From Candidatus Taylorbacteria bacterium RIFCSPHIGHO2_12_FULL_45_16 (GTDB lineage Bacteria > Patescibacteriota > Minisyncoccia > Phycocordibacterales > PALSA-1337), in contig MHRT01000005.1 of the NCBI GenBank assembly GCA_001821055.1, positions 109,533 through 154,377 on the forward strand: a stretch of DNA of 44,845 bases, in the 5' to 3' direction. This document shows, piece after piece, positions 10,279 through 20,218 of the stretch. Every line of letters begins with the position of its first letter. The first letter of the stretch is position 1. The notes under the pieces are model-generated. The model saw only the letters and a program-made list of their open reading frames with translations. It was not told the origin of the DNA and did not search any database. Position numbers and translations under genes: made by a program.

Positions 10279-10307
10279 AGTTTAGCAGGGTACTAATTTG
10301 TTGTCAA
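10279..10307 (-). promoter_or_regulatory. sigma70 promoter of the candidate sRNA
   Basis: TTGACA (10307-10302), 17 bp, TGc-TAAACT (10284-10279). Confidence 0.75.
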
Positions 10308-10510
10308 GTACTTAAATTGCAAATTATTGAAAACCTATATTTAGAGCCATATATAAGATGGTATTCGAATAGAGTTTAAGATTTAGACAAAAGAAAGCTG
10401 GAAACACGAGATTTTCGGCTCAAGATTTGACCATTGACACCAAAACGTCCATATGCTATTATTTAGCACTGTACTGTGACTTGTGTTGCTGTACGGCACC
10501 TTTAAAAAAT

Positions 10511-10702
10511 ATGCACTTATCGAGACTCACGCATTTTCGGCAACGAACTGGACGATCCAGGCGTTTTCAGTGGACCGCTGATCAAATTCATTACCAATCA
10601 CCCCAGCAGATTGTCAGGGGTGGAGGAGGTCCAATGATTGGTATCATGATAATCGTCATAATCACGATTGCCATGTGCGTCGGCAGCTTGTTCTTCCAGT
10701 AG
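10511..10702 (+). CDS. small basic protein with a C-terminal TM helix
   Basis: 63 aa; promoter TTGACA(10434)-17-TATTAT upstream. Confidence 0.5.
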   Translation: MHLSRLTHFRQRTGRSRRFQWTADQIHYQSPQQIVRGGGGPMIGIMIIVIITIAMCVGSLFFQ

Positions 10703-10790
10703 CAGTCCTCCGATCGCACGCACCGCCGGGCAGACCTTCAGTCACCGACATTTTTTGTAAAAACTCCTTTTTTGAGCTATGATTTGACCC

Positions 10791-13700
10791 ATGAAGAAGA
10801 ATACTGACAAGCGAGGTTTATCCTCGCTCAAACCTTACGACCATAAAACCATTGAGAAAAAGTGGCAGAAATATTGGGAGTCCCGAGGTGGAACCTCGGT
10901 GTCGGCAAAGAAATTTTACGGCTTGATCGAGTTTCCATACCCATCCGGTGACGGTCTGCATGTTGGCCACATCCGCAGCAATACGGCCATGGATGTCATC
11001 GCCCGCAAACGCCGCGCGCAGGGTTACAACGTGCTTTACCCTATAGGTTGGGATGCTTTTGGTCTACCAACGGAAAATTATGCCATCAAGAATGGTGTTC
11101 AGCCGGCTGTAGTGACAAAGAAAAATACAGATATTTTCCGCCGTCAACTAAAGGCGCTTGGCTTTTCATTTGATTGGTCACGCGAAATAAATACAACCGA
11201 TCCGGCATACTACAAATGGACGCAGTGGATTTTTCTGCAATTTCTGAAGAAAGGCCTGGCCTACAAGAAGAAGATGACCATCAATTGGTGTCCAAAGGAT
11301 TTGATCGGCCTAGCGAACGAAGAAGGGATTAACGGTGCCTGTGAGCGTTGCGGTACGCCGGTGGAAAAGCGCGAAAAAGAGCAGTGGATGTTGGCGATAA
11401 CGAAGTATGCGGACAAGCTATTGTCAGGATTAAACGCAAAGGTGGCTGAAGATGGCACGTTGATTGAGGATGACTTCGGTACCCCGTTGTTTACGCAAAT
11501 GACAGAAACTTCGGCGATTCGTCTGGAGCTTCCATATGTAGAACGCGATGCGATTATGGCGATTGTAAAGCATTGGTCAGAGGATAAATACATCGGCCTC
11601 AAATGGAAAAAGGTGGCGTGGAAAACCCTGATCACTGGAGGACCAGAAGGTAATCAGACTTTAGAAGAGGCGGCAATAGCAGAAATTGCTGAAGAAACCG
11701 GTTACAAAAATCCGAAACTTATAAGGCATTTAGATCGAGTGGATTCAAAATTTTTCCACGTGCCAAAAAATATAAATAGATACGCCCATTTTGATGTGAT
11801 GTATTTCGAACTTCAAAATAGTGACCGGAATGAAATAACGTCCGAAGAACAAGGAAACCATGATGTGGAGTGGCTCTCAAAAGAAGAAATGACCAAGTTT
11901 TTGACGCCAGCTTCGCATCAATATGTTTGGAAGAAATTTCTCAACCCTGATTTGAATGTGAATTCGTACGGTAAACCCCTGCTCGATTGGAAAGAATCGA
12001 TAAAAGATTCACAGCGGAACTGGATAGGGAAGTCGGAGGGCGCGGAACTGACTTTCAAAATCAAGGCAGCCAATTTGGACAAGCAAATAAAAGTTTTTAC
12101 CACCAGGCCCGACACTTTGTTTGGTGTGACCTATGTTGTTTTGGCGCCGGAACATGCCCTGGTCAAGGAATTATTGCCAAATGTCGAAAATAAAGAAGAA
12201 GTCGAAGCGTACATAGGGAAAGTCAAAAAAGAGTCAGACATCGAGCGGACTGACGCCAAGAAAGAAAAAACCGGCGTGGAATTGAAGGGTGTAAAAGCGG
12301 TAAACCCGGCGAACAATGAAGAAGTTCCGGTCTGGATTGCCGACTATGTACTGGCTGATTATGGCACCGGAGCGGTTATGGCTGTGCCGGCGCACGATGA
12401 GCGTGACGGAGATTTTGCCAAAAAATGCGGATTGCCACAAAGAGAAGTCGTCGCGCCGATGATCAATGTGACTGAGGGTGACTTTGCCTTTCGGCCGGGA
12501 GTCAAGATAGTCGATAGGCAGTGCGTTCTGGCCATTGTGAAGCATTGGGAAAAAGACGAGTATCTGTGTCTGACTTCAAAGAGACATGGTTGGACGACTT
12601 TTGTCATTGGCGGCATCGATCAGGGTGAAGATGCCGTCGCGGCGGCCAAGCGGGAAATAACGGAGGAGACCGGCTTCACGGATTTTGCGTCATTTAGACC
12701 GCTGGGCGGGCATGTGTATGCCAAACATTTCGCGCCGCACAAGAATGAAAATCGTTCGGCCAGACTCAATGGTTTTTACGTTGAACTAAAAAGTGGAACA
12801 CAACAGCCGGTGGCCGAACACGAAGCGAACCATCAGGAGATTTCCTGGATTCCGCGCAAAGACATTGCCAATAGACTGCACCCCAAAATAACCGATTGGG
12901 CTTTTTGGCAGAGATTTGAGAGTGATAAGGCATATGTAGGCGAAGGAATTTTGGAAAATTCCGGCAAATTCGACGGCCAAGATTCCGAATCGGCCAAAAA
13001 AGAAATTACCGAAGCTGTCGGCGGCAAATGGGTTACAACCTTCAAACTTCGCGACTGGATCTTTTCCCGCCAGCGCTATTGGGGCGAACCGATACCAGTG
13101 GTGCACTGCCAAAAATGTGGCATCGTGCCGGTTCCAGAAAAGGATCTGCCCGTAAAGTTGCCAAAGGTCAAAAATTACAAGCCGACGGAGACCGGCGAAT
13201 CACCGCTGGCCGCTATTTCCAAGTGGGTGAATACCAAGTGTCCGCAGTGTGTCGCTGATAAAAAAAAGACTAAGTATTTTATTTTTGATTTTGACGGGGT
13301 TTTGGGAAATACATGGGATATCATGAATTCAGCAAAAGTCAGGATGGGCGACGCGGAGACAATAGACGAGGCGGCAAAAGATTCACTATCCCACTTTGAT
13401 AAAAAACCGATTGATGCGAGAAACCATTTTTTGACGCCTGAACAAAGGAAGGAAAGACAAGAGTGGATAACGACATTTGGTAAACATCTTTCGGAATCAA
13501 ATTTTGGCTTGTTTGACGAGTTTATCAAGGAATTAAAGAAAATAAAAAATGTAAAACTGGCAGTTGCATCTTCTGGTTCTGCGCAATATGTTTTGCCCGC
13601 ACTCAAAAAATCCGGTTTGAAATTCACGCATATACTGGCATATGAGGATCATCATTCCAAAGAAGAAAAAGTCGAGCGTATTTGCGAGGATTGGGGTATA

Positions 13701-14858
13701 GACATAAAAAACGCATATTATTTTACCGATACAAAAGCTGATATTCTTGAATTGGAAAACATTATGGACAGAAAACAAATTGTCGGTTGTGCTTGGGGGT
13801 ATCATGGGTATGATAGATTGAAGGAATTACTTCCAGAAAAAAACATTCTCTTACACCCCAAAGATATTCATAGTTTTTTCAACACTAATTGCTCTGCCAA
13901 GCGCGAAACTGACACCATGCCCAACTGGGCCGGGTCGAGCTGGTACTATTTGCGTTACGCTGATCCGAAGAATAAAAAGGCGTTTGCCGATCCGAAAAAA
14001 TTGAAGTATTGGACACCAGTTGATTGGTACAACGGTGGGATGGAGCATACGACACTTCACCTCCTCTACTCACGATTTTGGCATAAATTCTTGTTTGATC
14101 TCGGTTTGGTGCCGACCAACGAACCATATCTCAAAAGGACTTCTCATGGCCTTATCTTGGCCAAAGGAGGCGAGAAGATGTCCAAATCAAAGCGAAATGT
14201 CATCAATCCTGACGATATCATTGAAACAGTCGGAGCGGATTCGTTGCGTTTGTATGAAATGTTTATGGGACCATTTGATCAATCCATAATTTGGAACACG
14301 GAGAATATAGCGGGAGTTCGGCGTTTTATTGAAAGAGTTTGGAAATTACAAGAAAGAATTGTGCCAAAAACAGATGAAAAAATCAGTGATTTTATGCTGG
14401 TCAACAAGATTATCCACAAAGCCATCAAGAAAGTCAGTGATGATATTGAGGGTATGCGCTTTAACACTGCTATAAGTATTCTGATGATCACACTCAATGA
14501 ACTGGAAAAGGCCGAAGCTGTGGATGACGAACAATATGGAACATTTTTGCAATTGCTGGCACCATTTGCTCCGCATGTGGCCGAAGAATTGTGGTCGTCA
14601 CTTGGTCATAAGAACTCGATTGGCACAGTCTCATGGCCAATCTACGATCCTGCTCTGGCGGCCGATACTGAGATTACAATCATGGTCCAGATCAATGGCA
14701 AAACACGCGGCTCATTTGTGGCGCCTGTAGATACCTCTAAGGAAGAGCTGGAAAAGCGCGCTAAAGCTATTCCAGAGTCTGCAAAATGGCTAAAAGGAAA
14801 GGATGTGAAGAAAGTTATCGTCGTACACAATAAATTGGTCAACATTATCACCAGCTAG
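10791..14858 (+). CDS. leuS: leucyl-tRNA synthetase with two Nudix and one HAD insertion
   Basis: PYPSG..LHVGH, FTTRPDT, GTGAVMAVPAHD, SRQRYWG, RETDTM, KMSKS; 1355 aa. Confidence 0.96.
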   Translation: MKKNTDKRGLSSLKPYDHKTIEKKWQKYWESRGGTSVSAKKFYGLIEFPYPSGDGLHVGHIRSNTAMDVIARKRRAQGYNVLYPIGWDAFGLPTENYAIKNGVQPAVVTKKNTDIFRRQLKALGFSFDWSREINTTDPAYYKWTQWIFLQFLKKGLAYKKKMTINWCPKDLIGLANEEGINGACERCGTPVEKREKEQWMLAITKYADKLLSGLNAKVAEDGTLIEDDFGTPLFTQMTETSAIRLELPYVERDAIMAIVKHWSEDKYIGLKWKKVAWKTLITGGPEGNQTLEEAAIAEIAEETGYKNPKLIRHLDRVDSKFFHVPKNINRYAHFDVMYFELQNSDRNEITSEEQGNHDVEWLSKEEMTKFLTPASHQYVWKKFLNPDLNVNSYGKPLLDWKESIKDSQRNWIGKSEGAELTFKIKAANLDKQIKVFTTRPDTLFGVTYVVLAPEHALVKELLPNVENKEEVEAYIGKVKKESDIERTDAKKEKTGVELKGVKAVNPANNEEVPVWIADYVLADYGTGAVMAVPAHDERDGDFAKKCGLPQREVVAPMINVTEGDFAFRPGVKIVDRQCVLAIVKHWEKDEYLCLTSKRHGWTTFVIGGIDQGEDAVAAAKREITEETGFTDFASFRPLGGHVYAKHFAPHKNENRSARLNGFYVELKSGTQQPVAEHEANHQEISWIPRKDIANRLHPKITDWAFWQRFESDKAYVGEGILENSGKFDGQDSESAKKEITEAVGGKWVTTFKLRDWIFSRQRYWGEPIPVVHCQKCGIVPVPEKDLPVKLPKVKNYKPTETGESPLAAISKWVNTKCPQCVADKKKTKYFIFDFDGVLGNTWDIMNSAKVRMGDAETIDEAAKDSLSHFDKKPIDARNHFLTPEQRKERQEWITTFGKHLSESNFGLFDEFIKELKKIKNVKLAVASSGSAQYVLPALKKSGLKFTHILAYEDHHSKEEKVERICEDWGIDIKNAYYFTDTKADILELENIMDRKQIVGCAWGYHGYDRLKELLPEKNILLHPKDIHSFFNTNCSAKRETDTMPNWAGSSWYYLRYADPKNKKAFADPKKLKYWTPVDWYNGGMEHTTLHLLYSRFWHKFLFDLGLVPTNEPYLKRTSHGLILAKGGEKMSKSKRNVINPDDIIETVGADSLRLYEMFMGPFDQSIIWNTENIAGVRRFIERVWKLQERIVPKTDEKISDFMLVNKIIHKAIKKVSDDIEGMRFNTAISILMITLNELEKAEAVDDEQYGTFLQLLAPFAPHVAEELWSSLGHKNSIGTVSWPIYDPALAADTEITIMVQINGKTRGSFVAPVDTSKEELEKRAKAIPESAKWLKGKDVKKVIVVHNKLVNIITS

Positions 14859-15039
14859 ACTCGAACAGTTGGGTATGTTTTGGCAGTGGGTGTAACCGAT
14901 TTGTCCGATTTGACAACAATTTTCCAATGAGGTAGGGTTAAGTGTAATAAGCCTGGGTATGGGAATTACACATTCCCACGAAATTGACTTTAGGACAAGC
15001 TAGTGATACAACTATAGGAATTATTTATTAACAACTCAT

Positions 15040-16077
15040 ATGGCCACATCAACTATTTCGTTTAAACCCAAGCAAATCGTCAAACGCCTCCTTTCATCAC
15101 TTCCTGATCGTGCCCGTGAAGTCATCGTTTACCGTTACGGACTTGGCGTCGATACTCGTCGCATGACCCTAGATGCCATAGGTAAAAAATACGGAATTAC
15201 TCGTGAACGCGTCCGCCAAATTGAGAATTACGCTCTGGGCATAGTCCGCAAATCAAATGAATATAAGCTTGAGAAGGCGGTTTTTGCCGAGCTTGAGAGC
15301 ACCCTGCATGCGTTGGGTGGAATAGTCGTTGAGGATGATTTTCTAGGATCTATCTCCAAAGACAAAAGTCTTCAAAATCACATTCATTTTCTTCTCATCA
15401 TCGGTGAACCGTTCAAAAAAAGGAGAGAAGACGATGATTTCAATCATCGCTGGCATGTCAACGAAGAACTCGCCACACAAGTTGAAGATGCTCTGCGCAA
15501 GCTATACGGCAGTTTGAGCACAAAAGATCTGTTGCCCGAATCGGAGATAATCAATAAATTTCTCCAGCATCTTGAGAACGTCTCTGAACGCTACAAAAAT
15601 CAGGAGATAATGAGGCGTTGGTTGAAACTCTCCAAATCCATAGGCGTTAATGCTTTGGGTGATTGGGGTTCTTCAAATTCTTCCAACATTAAAACCAAGG
15701 GCATGCGCGATTACGCTTTTCTTGTCATCCGTAAACACGGCTCGCCGATTCATTTTCGCGATGTTGCCAAGCAGATCATGGTGATGTTCAAGAAAAAGGC
15801 CCATGTTGCCACGACGCACAATGAATTGATTAAGGATCCTCGCTTTGTACTTGTCGGACGCGGTCTGTATGCTTTGGCCGAATGGGGGTACGCGCCCGGT
15901 ATTGTCCGTGATGTTGTTCGTCTGGTGATTGAGAAACACGGCCCTCTGACCAAGGAAGAAATTATTGCCAAGGTCATGAAGGAACGTTATGTCAAAGAAA
16001 ACACCATCGCCGTTAATCTCCAAAATCCAAAATATTTCAAGAGGGACAAGGATGGAAAGTACTCGGTAGTTATATAA
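15040..16077 (+). CDS. sigma70 region 4 HTH plus winged-helix (HARE-HTH/RNAP delta-like) protein
   Basis: TLDAIGKKYGITRERVRQIE; HNELIKDPRFVLVGRGLYALAEWG. Confidence 0.8.
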   Translation: MATSTISFKPKQIVKRLLSSLPDRAREVIVYRYGLGVDTRRMTLDAIGKKYGITRERVRQIENYALGIVRKSNEYKLEKAVFAELESTLHALGGIVVEDDFLGSISKDKSLQNHIHFLLIIGEPFKKRREDDDFNHRWHVNEELATQVEDALRKLYGSLSTKDLLPESEIINKFLQHLENVSERYKNQEIMRRWLKLSKSIGVNALGDWGSSNSSNIKTKGMRDYAFLVIRKHGSPIHFRDVAKQIMVMFKKKAHVATTHNELIKDPRFVLVGRGLYALAEWGYAPGIVRDVVRLVIEKHGPLTKEEIIAKVMKERYVKENTIAVNLQNPKYFKRDKDGKYSVVI

Positions 16078-16083
16078 GCAAAA

Positions 16084-16132
16084 CAAAGAAGCAAAAAGGA
16101 AAGATTAGACATCTTTCCTTTTTGCTTCTTTG
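16084..16132. terminator. perfect 22-bp inverted repeat
   Basis: caaagaagcaaaaaggaaagat-tagac-atctttcctttttgcttctttg. Confidence 0.7.
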
Positions 16133-16150
16133 CTTGGTATAATGCATTCC

Positions 16151-17446
16151 ATGCCCATTGAACAATTATTTCCCGTCTTGGTTGATGATTTTCAGTCGAC
16201 GATATTGCCACAAGCAATACAATATGTCATTTTTATCTCGCCCGTCGTCTTGGCCGTGATGTTGGCGGTTTTTTTGTGGCCTTTGTGGGTGCGTTATGTT
16301 CGAGCCAAACAATTTCTCTCTCTCAAATACACCGTTCTGGAAATCAAACTACCCAAAGACACCTTCAAGTCGCCATTGGCTATGGAGGTTTTTTTGCAAT
16401 CTCTCCACAATACGGCTGATGGCAGCTCTTTTGCCAAATATTGGAAAGGGGAGACGCGGCCATGGTATTCATTGGAAATTGCTTCTATTGAAGGCAAAGT
16501 TAAATTTTATATTTGGACCGAGGATCGGCGCAAAGGTGGCGTGATGTCGGCATTGTATTCACAATTTCCTGGGGTGGAAGTGCACGAAAGTGGTGATTAT
16601 ACCCAATCAGTCCATTTTGATCCAAAAACTATGAAGATTTGGGCAGCGGAGTTCAAATTCACGAAGCCCGATCCGTATCCGATTAAAACTTATGTTGATT
16701 ATGGATTGGACAAAGATCCCAAAGAGGAATTCAAAGTTGATCCACTTTTACCAATGCTTGAATTTTTGGGTAGCGTAGGTCCAAATCAACAAATATGGAT
16801 ACAAATACTCATTCGCGCGCACAAGGATGATCAAAAAAAATTGGGTCACTGGTTCAAAAATACTGATACATGGCAGGATGAAGCAAAGAAGCTGGTCAAT
16901 ACGATGTTAATCCGTGATGCCAAAACCAAGATAACCGGCGAAATAGATCCAAAGACCGGTAAAATTGTTCCAGCCAAAGAATTTGCAAAACTGCCGACGA
17001 TTTCCCAAGGTGAACGAGATATCATCGAAGCCATTGAACGGAGCGTGACCAAGTTGGCTTTCGATGCCGGTATACGAGCTCTCTATATTGCTAAAAAAGA
17101 AGTTTTCAACACGCCTTTTGGAATTGGTGGGATTATCGGCAACATGAAGCATTTCAACACTGAAAGCTTGAATGGTTTCAAACCAAATGGGGATGTCTGG
17201 CACAATCGTTTGAGTGATCCATGGCAGGATTACAAAGATATTCGTCGCAATCGCTATGCTAGAGAAGGTTTGGCTATGTACAAGCGTCGTTCATATTTTT
17301 ACGCGCCACGGGAAGGCAAGTCTTTGGTGCTTAATACCGAGGAATTAGCTACCATCTACCATTTCCCAGGGTCGGTCGCGGCTACGCCGACCTTGGAGCG
17401 TTTGCCATCAAAAAAGACCGAGGCACCGTCAAATTTACCGACATAA
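16151..17446 (+). CDS. conserved CPR-type membrane-anchored hypothetical protein
   Basis: N-terminal TM; SLEIAS, LNTEELATIYHFP motifs. Confidence 0.75.
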   Translation: MPIEQLFPVLVDDFQSTILPQAIQYVIFISPVVLAVMLAVFLWPLWVRYVRAKQFLSLKYTVLEIKLPKDTFKSPLAMEVFLQSLHNTADGSSFAKYWKGETRPWYSLEIASIEGKVKFYIWTEDRRKGGVMSALYSQFPGVEVHESGDYTQSVHFDPKTMKIWAAEFKFTKPDPYPIKTYVDYGLDKDPKEEFKVDPLLPMLEFLGSVGPNQQIWIQILIRAHKDDQKKLGHWFKNTDTWQDEAKKLVNTMLIRDAKTKITGEIDPKTGKIVPAKEFAKLPTISQGERDIIEAIERSVTKLAFDAGIRALYIAKKEVFNTPFGIGGIIGNMKHFNTESLNGFKPNGDVWHNRLSDPWQDYKDIRRNRYAREGLAMYKRRSYFYAPREGKSLVLNTEELATIYHFPGSVAATPTLERLPSKKTEAPSNLPT

Positions 17447-17481
17447 ATAATGCGAATCTACGAATTAGACAAATACCTAGA

Positions 17482-18465
17482 ATGATGAGGAAACGAATTA
17501 ACTTGCCGGATTTTATTTTGAAATACAAAATAGCCATTGCGGCTATTTTGGTATTATCATTGATTTTCTGCGCGGGCGTGATTGTTGCTTCCATTCCACC
17601 GTCATCATTTCCGCGAAACGTGATTGTCCGAATCGACAAAGATATGACAGTCTCGGAAGCTGCCTTGATTTTAGAAGAAAAAGGTATCATAAAGTCTGAT
17701 TTTTTTTACAAAATATATATAAGGCTTCTGCATAATGGAAAGGGCGTGCAGACGGGAAGTTATTTGTTCGACGAACCACAATCAGCACTTAAGGTGGCGT
17801 ATCGCACTGCGTATGGTGTAAAAAATATTGAAAAAATAAGACTGACAATTTTTGAGGGCATGAACTCGAAAGAACTTGCCGCTTTATTAAAGAAAAATCT
17901 TCCAATGTTTGATGTCGTCAATTTTCTTGTTCAAGCTAAAGCGGATGAAGGCTATCTTTTTCCCGAGACTTATTTTATTGATCCGGACGTGGAGCCGAGT
18001 GAAGTCATTGGGATGATGCGCAGACAGTTTGATGTCATGGTTAAACCACTCAAGGAAGGATTCGCTACTTCGACTCGTTCGGTGAAGGATATTATCATCA
18101 TGGCATCTATTCTGGAGAAAGAAGCGAATAATATGACTGACAGAAAAATTATTTCAGGTATTCTCTGGAAGCGCCTTGATCAAGGCATGGCCCTCCAAAT
18201 TGATGTGCCTTTCTATTACATTTTGAACAAAGGTTCAAATCCATTGACTCTAGATGATCTGGCCACACCATCACCCTACAATACTTATCTAAACAAAGGA
18301 TTACCGCCGACCCCCATCGCCAATCCGGGTTTGGATTCAATCATCGCCGCCCTATATCCTACCCAAACGCCGCATTATTTCTATTTGGCGGACAAAGAAG
18401 GCATTACGCATTACGCGGTTACTCATGACGAGCATGTGGCAAATAAGTTGAAATATTTAAAATAA
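17482..18465 (+). CDS. mltG: endolytic transglycosylase MltG
   Basis: EGYLFPETY, MASILEKEA, SPYNTY, GLPPTPIANPG. Confidence 0.95.
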   Translation: MMRKRINLPDFILKYKIAIAAILVLSLIFCAGVIVASIPPSSFPRNVIVRIDKDMTVSEAALILEEKGIIKSDFFYKIYIRLLHNGKGVQTGSYLFDEPQSALKVAYRTAYGVKNIEKIRLTIFEGMNSKELAALLKKNLPMFDVVNFLVQAKADEGYLFPETYFIDPDVEPSEVIGMMRRQFDVMVKPLKEGFATSTRSVKDIIIMASILEKEANNMTDRKIISGILWKRLDQGMALQIDVPFYYILNKGSNPLTLDDLATPSPYNTYLNKGLPPTPIANPGLDSIIAALYPTQTPHYFYLADKEGITHYAVTHDEHVANKLKYLK

Positions 18466-18516
18466 AAAAAGTCCGCGGAGTTTTAATTCCGCGGATGGGT
18501 GAGGTGGTGGAGACGA

Positions 18517-18948
18517 TCACCCTCCGGCGACAGTCTGAGTCTTTTCAAAGTCTTGGGCCAATAATCTGAGAAGGATTCCAAATCCGATGGGTTTTGAGAT
18601 GAATCTGCTGATTCCGAAGCTAGTCAGGTCACCAAAATATGTTTCTGACGTACCGGACCAAAGCCAGATAACATAAGTCCTTGAGCCTGATTGGATTCTT
18701 TTGGCCAACTCAATCCCTGTCATCCCATGACCCATTTTGTAATCGGTCAAGATTAGATCATAAGGCCTCTCATCTGCTTCACTAATCAAGACCAAACTGT
18801 AAGCTTCCTCACCGTTGGATGCAGTTGTGACGATATGACCGTCATGTTCAAGTATCCTCAGAGCTGTTTTGCGCACATCGGCTTCGAATTCCACTACCAA
18901 TATATTAAGTTTCGTTTTCAATTGTTCCTTATTTGTTTTTCCAACCAC
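18517..18948 (-). CDS. stand-alone response-regulator receiver protein
   Basis: ILVVE, DLILTDYKM, TGIEL, ISKP; no kinase in the window. Confidence 0.8.
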   Translation of the reverse strand: MVGKTNKEQLKTKLNILVVEFEADVRKTALRILEHDGHIVTTASNGEEAYSLVLISEADERPYDLILTDYKMGHGMTGIELAKRIQSGSRTYVIWLWSGTSETYFGDLTSFGISRFISKPIGFGILLRLLAQDFEKTQTVAGG

Positions 18949-18986
18949 ATTGGTCAGCTACTAAAAATTATGCTAGCATGATAAAT

Positions 18987-20147
18987 ATGAATAGTCAAGT
19001 AAATTATCCTCAAACAACTGCGCAGAGCAATCATGTGACTACGGCTCCGTCCACTTTACTCACGGGTTGTAGACCTACGCACAAGCGAGTATTCGTGGGC
19101 ATGTCCGGTGGCGTTGATTCGTCGGTTTCGGCGGTATTGCTCAAAAAGGCTGGATATGATGTTACGGGCGTTTTTATCAAAGTTTGGCAACCGGATTGGC
19201 TCATGTGCACCTGGCGTGAAGATCGTCGCGATGCCATGCGTGTTGCCGCGTGTCTGGATATCCCGTTTGTCACTCTAGATTTAGAGAAAGAATACAAAAA
19301 AGACGTAGTCGATTATATGATTTCAGAATACAAGGTCGGTAGAACGCCAAATCCAGATGTTATGTGTAATCGGTATGTTAAATTTGGTGGATTTTTTAGT
19401 TGGGCAATGGGACAAGGCGCTGATTATGTGGCCACTGGACACTATGCCCAAGTATTGAAGCGACTATCCAATGTCTTAGATGATCGCTTCAAACTTGTCG
19501 TAAGTACGGACAAAAACAAAGACCAGACTTATTTTTTATGGACTCTTACTCAAGATCAGCTCTCCAAAACGCTCTTTCCGGTCGGGGACTTGGAAAAACT
19601 TGAAGTCCGAAAACTGGCTAGAAAATTTAGACTGCCAAATGCCGAGAAAAAAGACAGTCAAGGTCTGTGTTTCATCGGCAAGATTGATGTCAAAGAGTTC
19701 CTGTCTCATTACATCACGCCCAAGAAGGGTGTCGTGCTTGATATTCACGGCCAAACAGTCGGTAAACACAATGGTGCGTTTTTCTACACGATCGGCGAGC
19801 GCCATGGATTTCTTATCACGAAGAAAACCTCAGATGACAAGCCGTTATATGTTGTGGCAAAAAATATTGCGGCAAATACGATTACGGTTTCACACAAGAC
19901 CGCTGACGGAGAATTGCCGAGTGTCAAAACAGAAATAATATTGAAAGACATGAATTGGAATCAAGACATCGTCCCGATGAACAAAAACCTTCAAGTTCGT
20001 TCACGATATCGAGAATCATTGCAAGACGCGCGTCTTTCTGGATCCGATGCTGTCATCTTTAAAAAACCGCAGTCTACTCTTTCATCCGGTCAATCACTTG
20101 TTGTGTACGATGGTGAAGTCTGTCTTGGTGGTGGGATTATAGTGTAA
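18987..20147 (+). CDS. mnmA: tRNA 2-thiouridylase MnmA
   Basis: GMSGGVDSS, TPNPDVMCN, ATGHY, KDQTYFL, DSQGLCF; start chosen from TGcTAGCAT 7 nt upstream. Confidence 0.95.
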   Translation: MNSQVNYPQTTAQSNHVTTAPSTLLTGCRPTHKRVFVGMSGGVDSSVSAVLLKKAGYDVTGVFIKVWQPDWLMCTWREDRRDAMRVAACLDIPFVTLDLEKEYKKDVVDYMISEYKVGRTPNPDVMCNRYVKFGGFFSWAMGQGADYVATGHYAQVLKRLSNVLDDRFKLVVSTDKNKDQTYFLWTLTQDQLSKTLFPVGDLEKLEVRKLARKFRLPNAEKKDSQGLCFIGKIDVKEFLSHYITPKKGVVLDIHGQTVGKHNGAFFYTIGERHGFLITKKTSDDKPLYVVAKNIAANTITVSHKTADGELPSVKTEIILKDMNWNQDIVPMNKNLQVRSRYRESLQDARLSGSDAVIFKKPQSTLSSGQSLVVYDGEVCLGGGIIV

Positions 20148-20218
20148 GCAAGCGTCTGTGGAGTGTTTTTGGATCTGTTTTTATCGTGTAAGTTTCTATT
20201 ACGGGTTATAATATCTCC

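Larger units (their letters stand above)
9044..10386 (+). repeat. five 30-bp direct repeats of the ychF 3' end separated by unique cassettes
   Basis: Copies at 9044-9073, 9332-9361, 9828-9857, 10141-10170 and 10357-10386; shared core TRGAGTTTARRATYTRR. Confidence 0.92.

Noticed and set aside
9044-10386. CRISPR array or classical integron
   Set aside because: Spacers are 186-466 bp and contain genes, the repeats are degenerate and non-palindromic, and there are no cas genes, intI or attC hairpins.
10401-10430. Possible sixth ychF-tail repeat (...caagatttga)
   Set aside because: Only about 8 nt match and the GAGTTT core is missing.
11433-13892. Inteins in leuS
   Set aside because: No C/S...HN splice termini or LAGLIDADG motifs; the inserts carry Nudix and HAD motifs.
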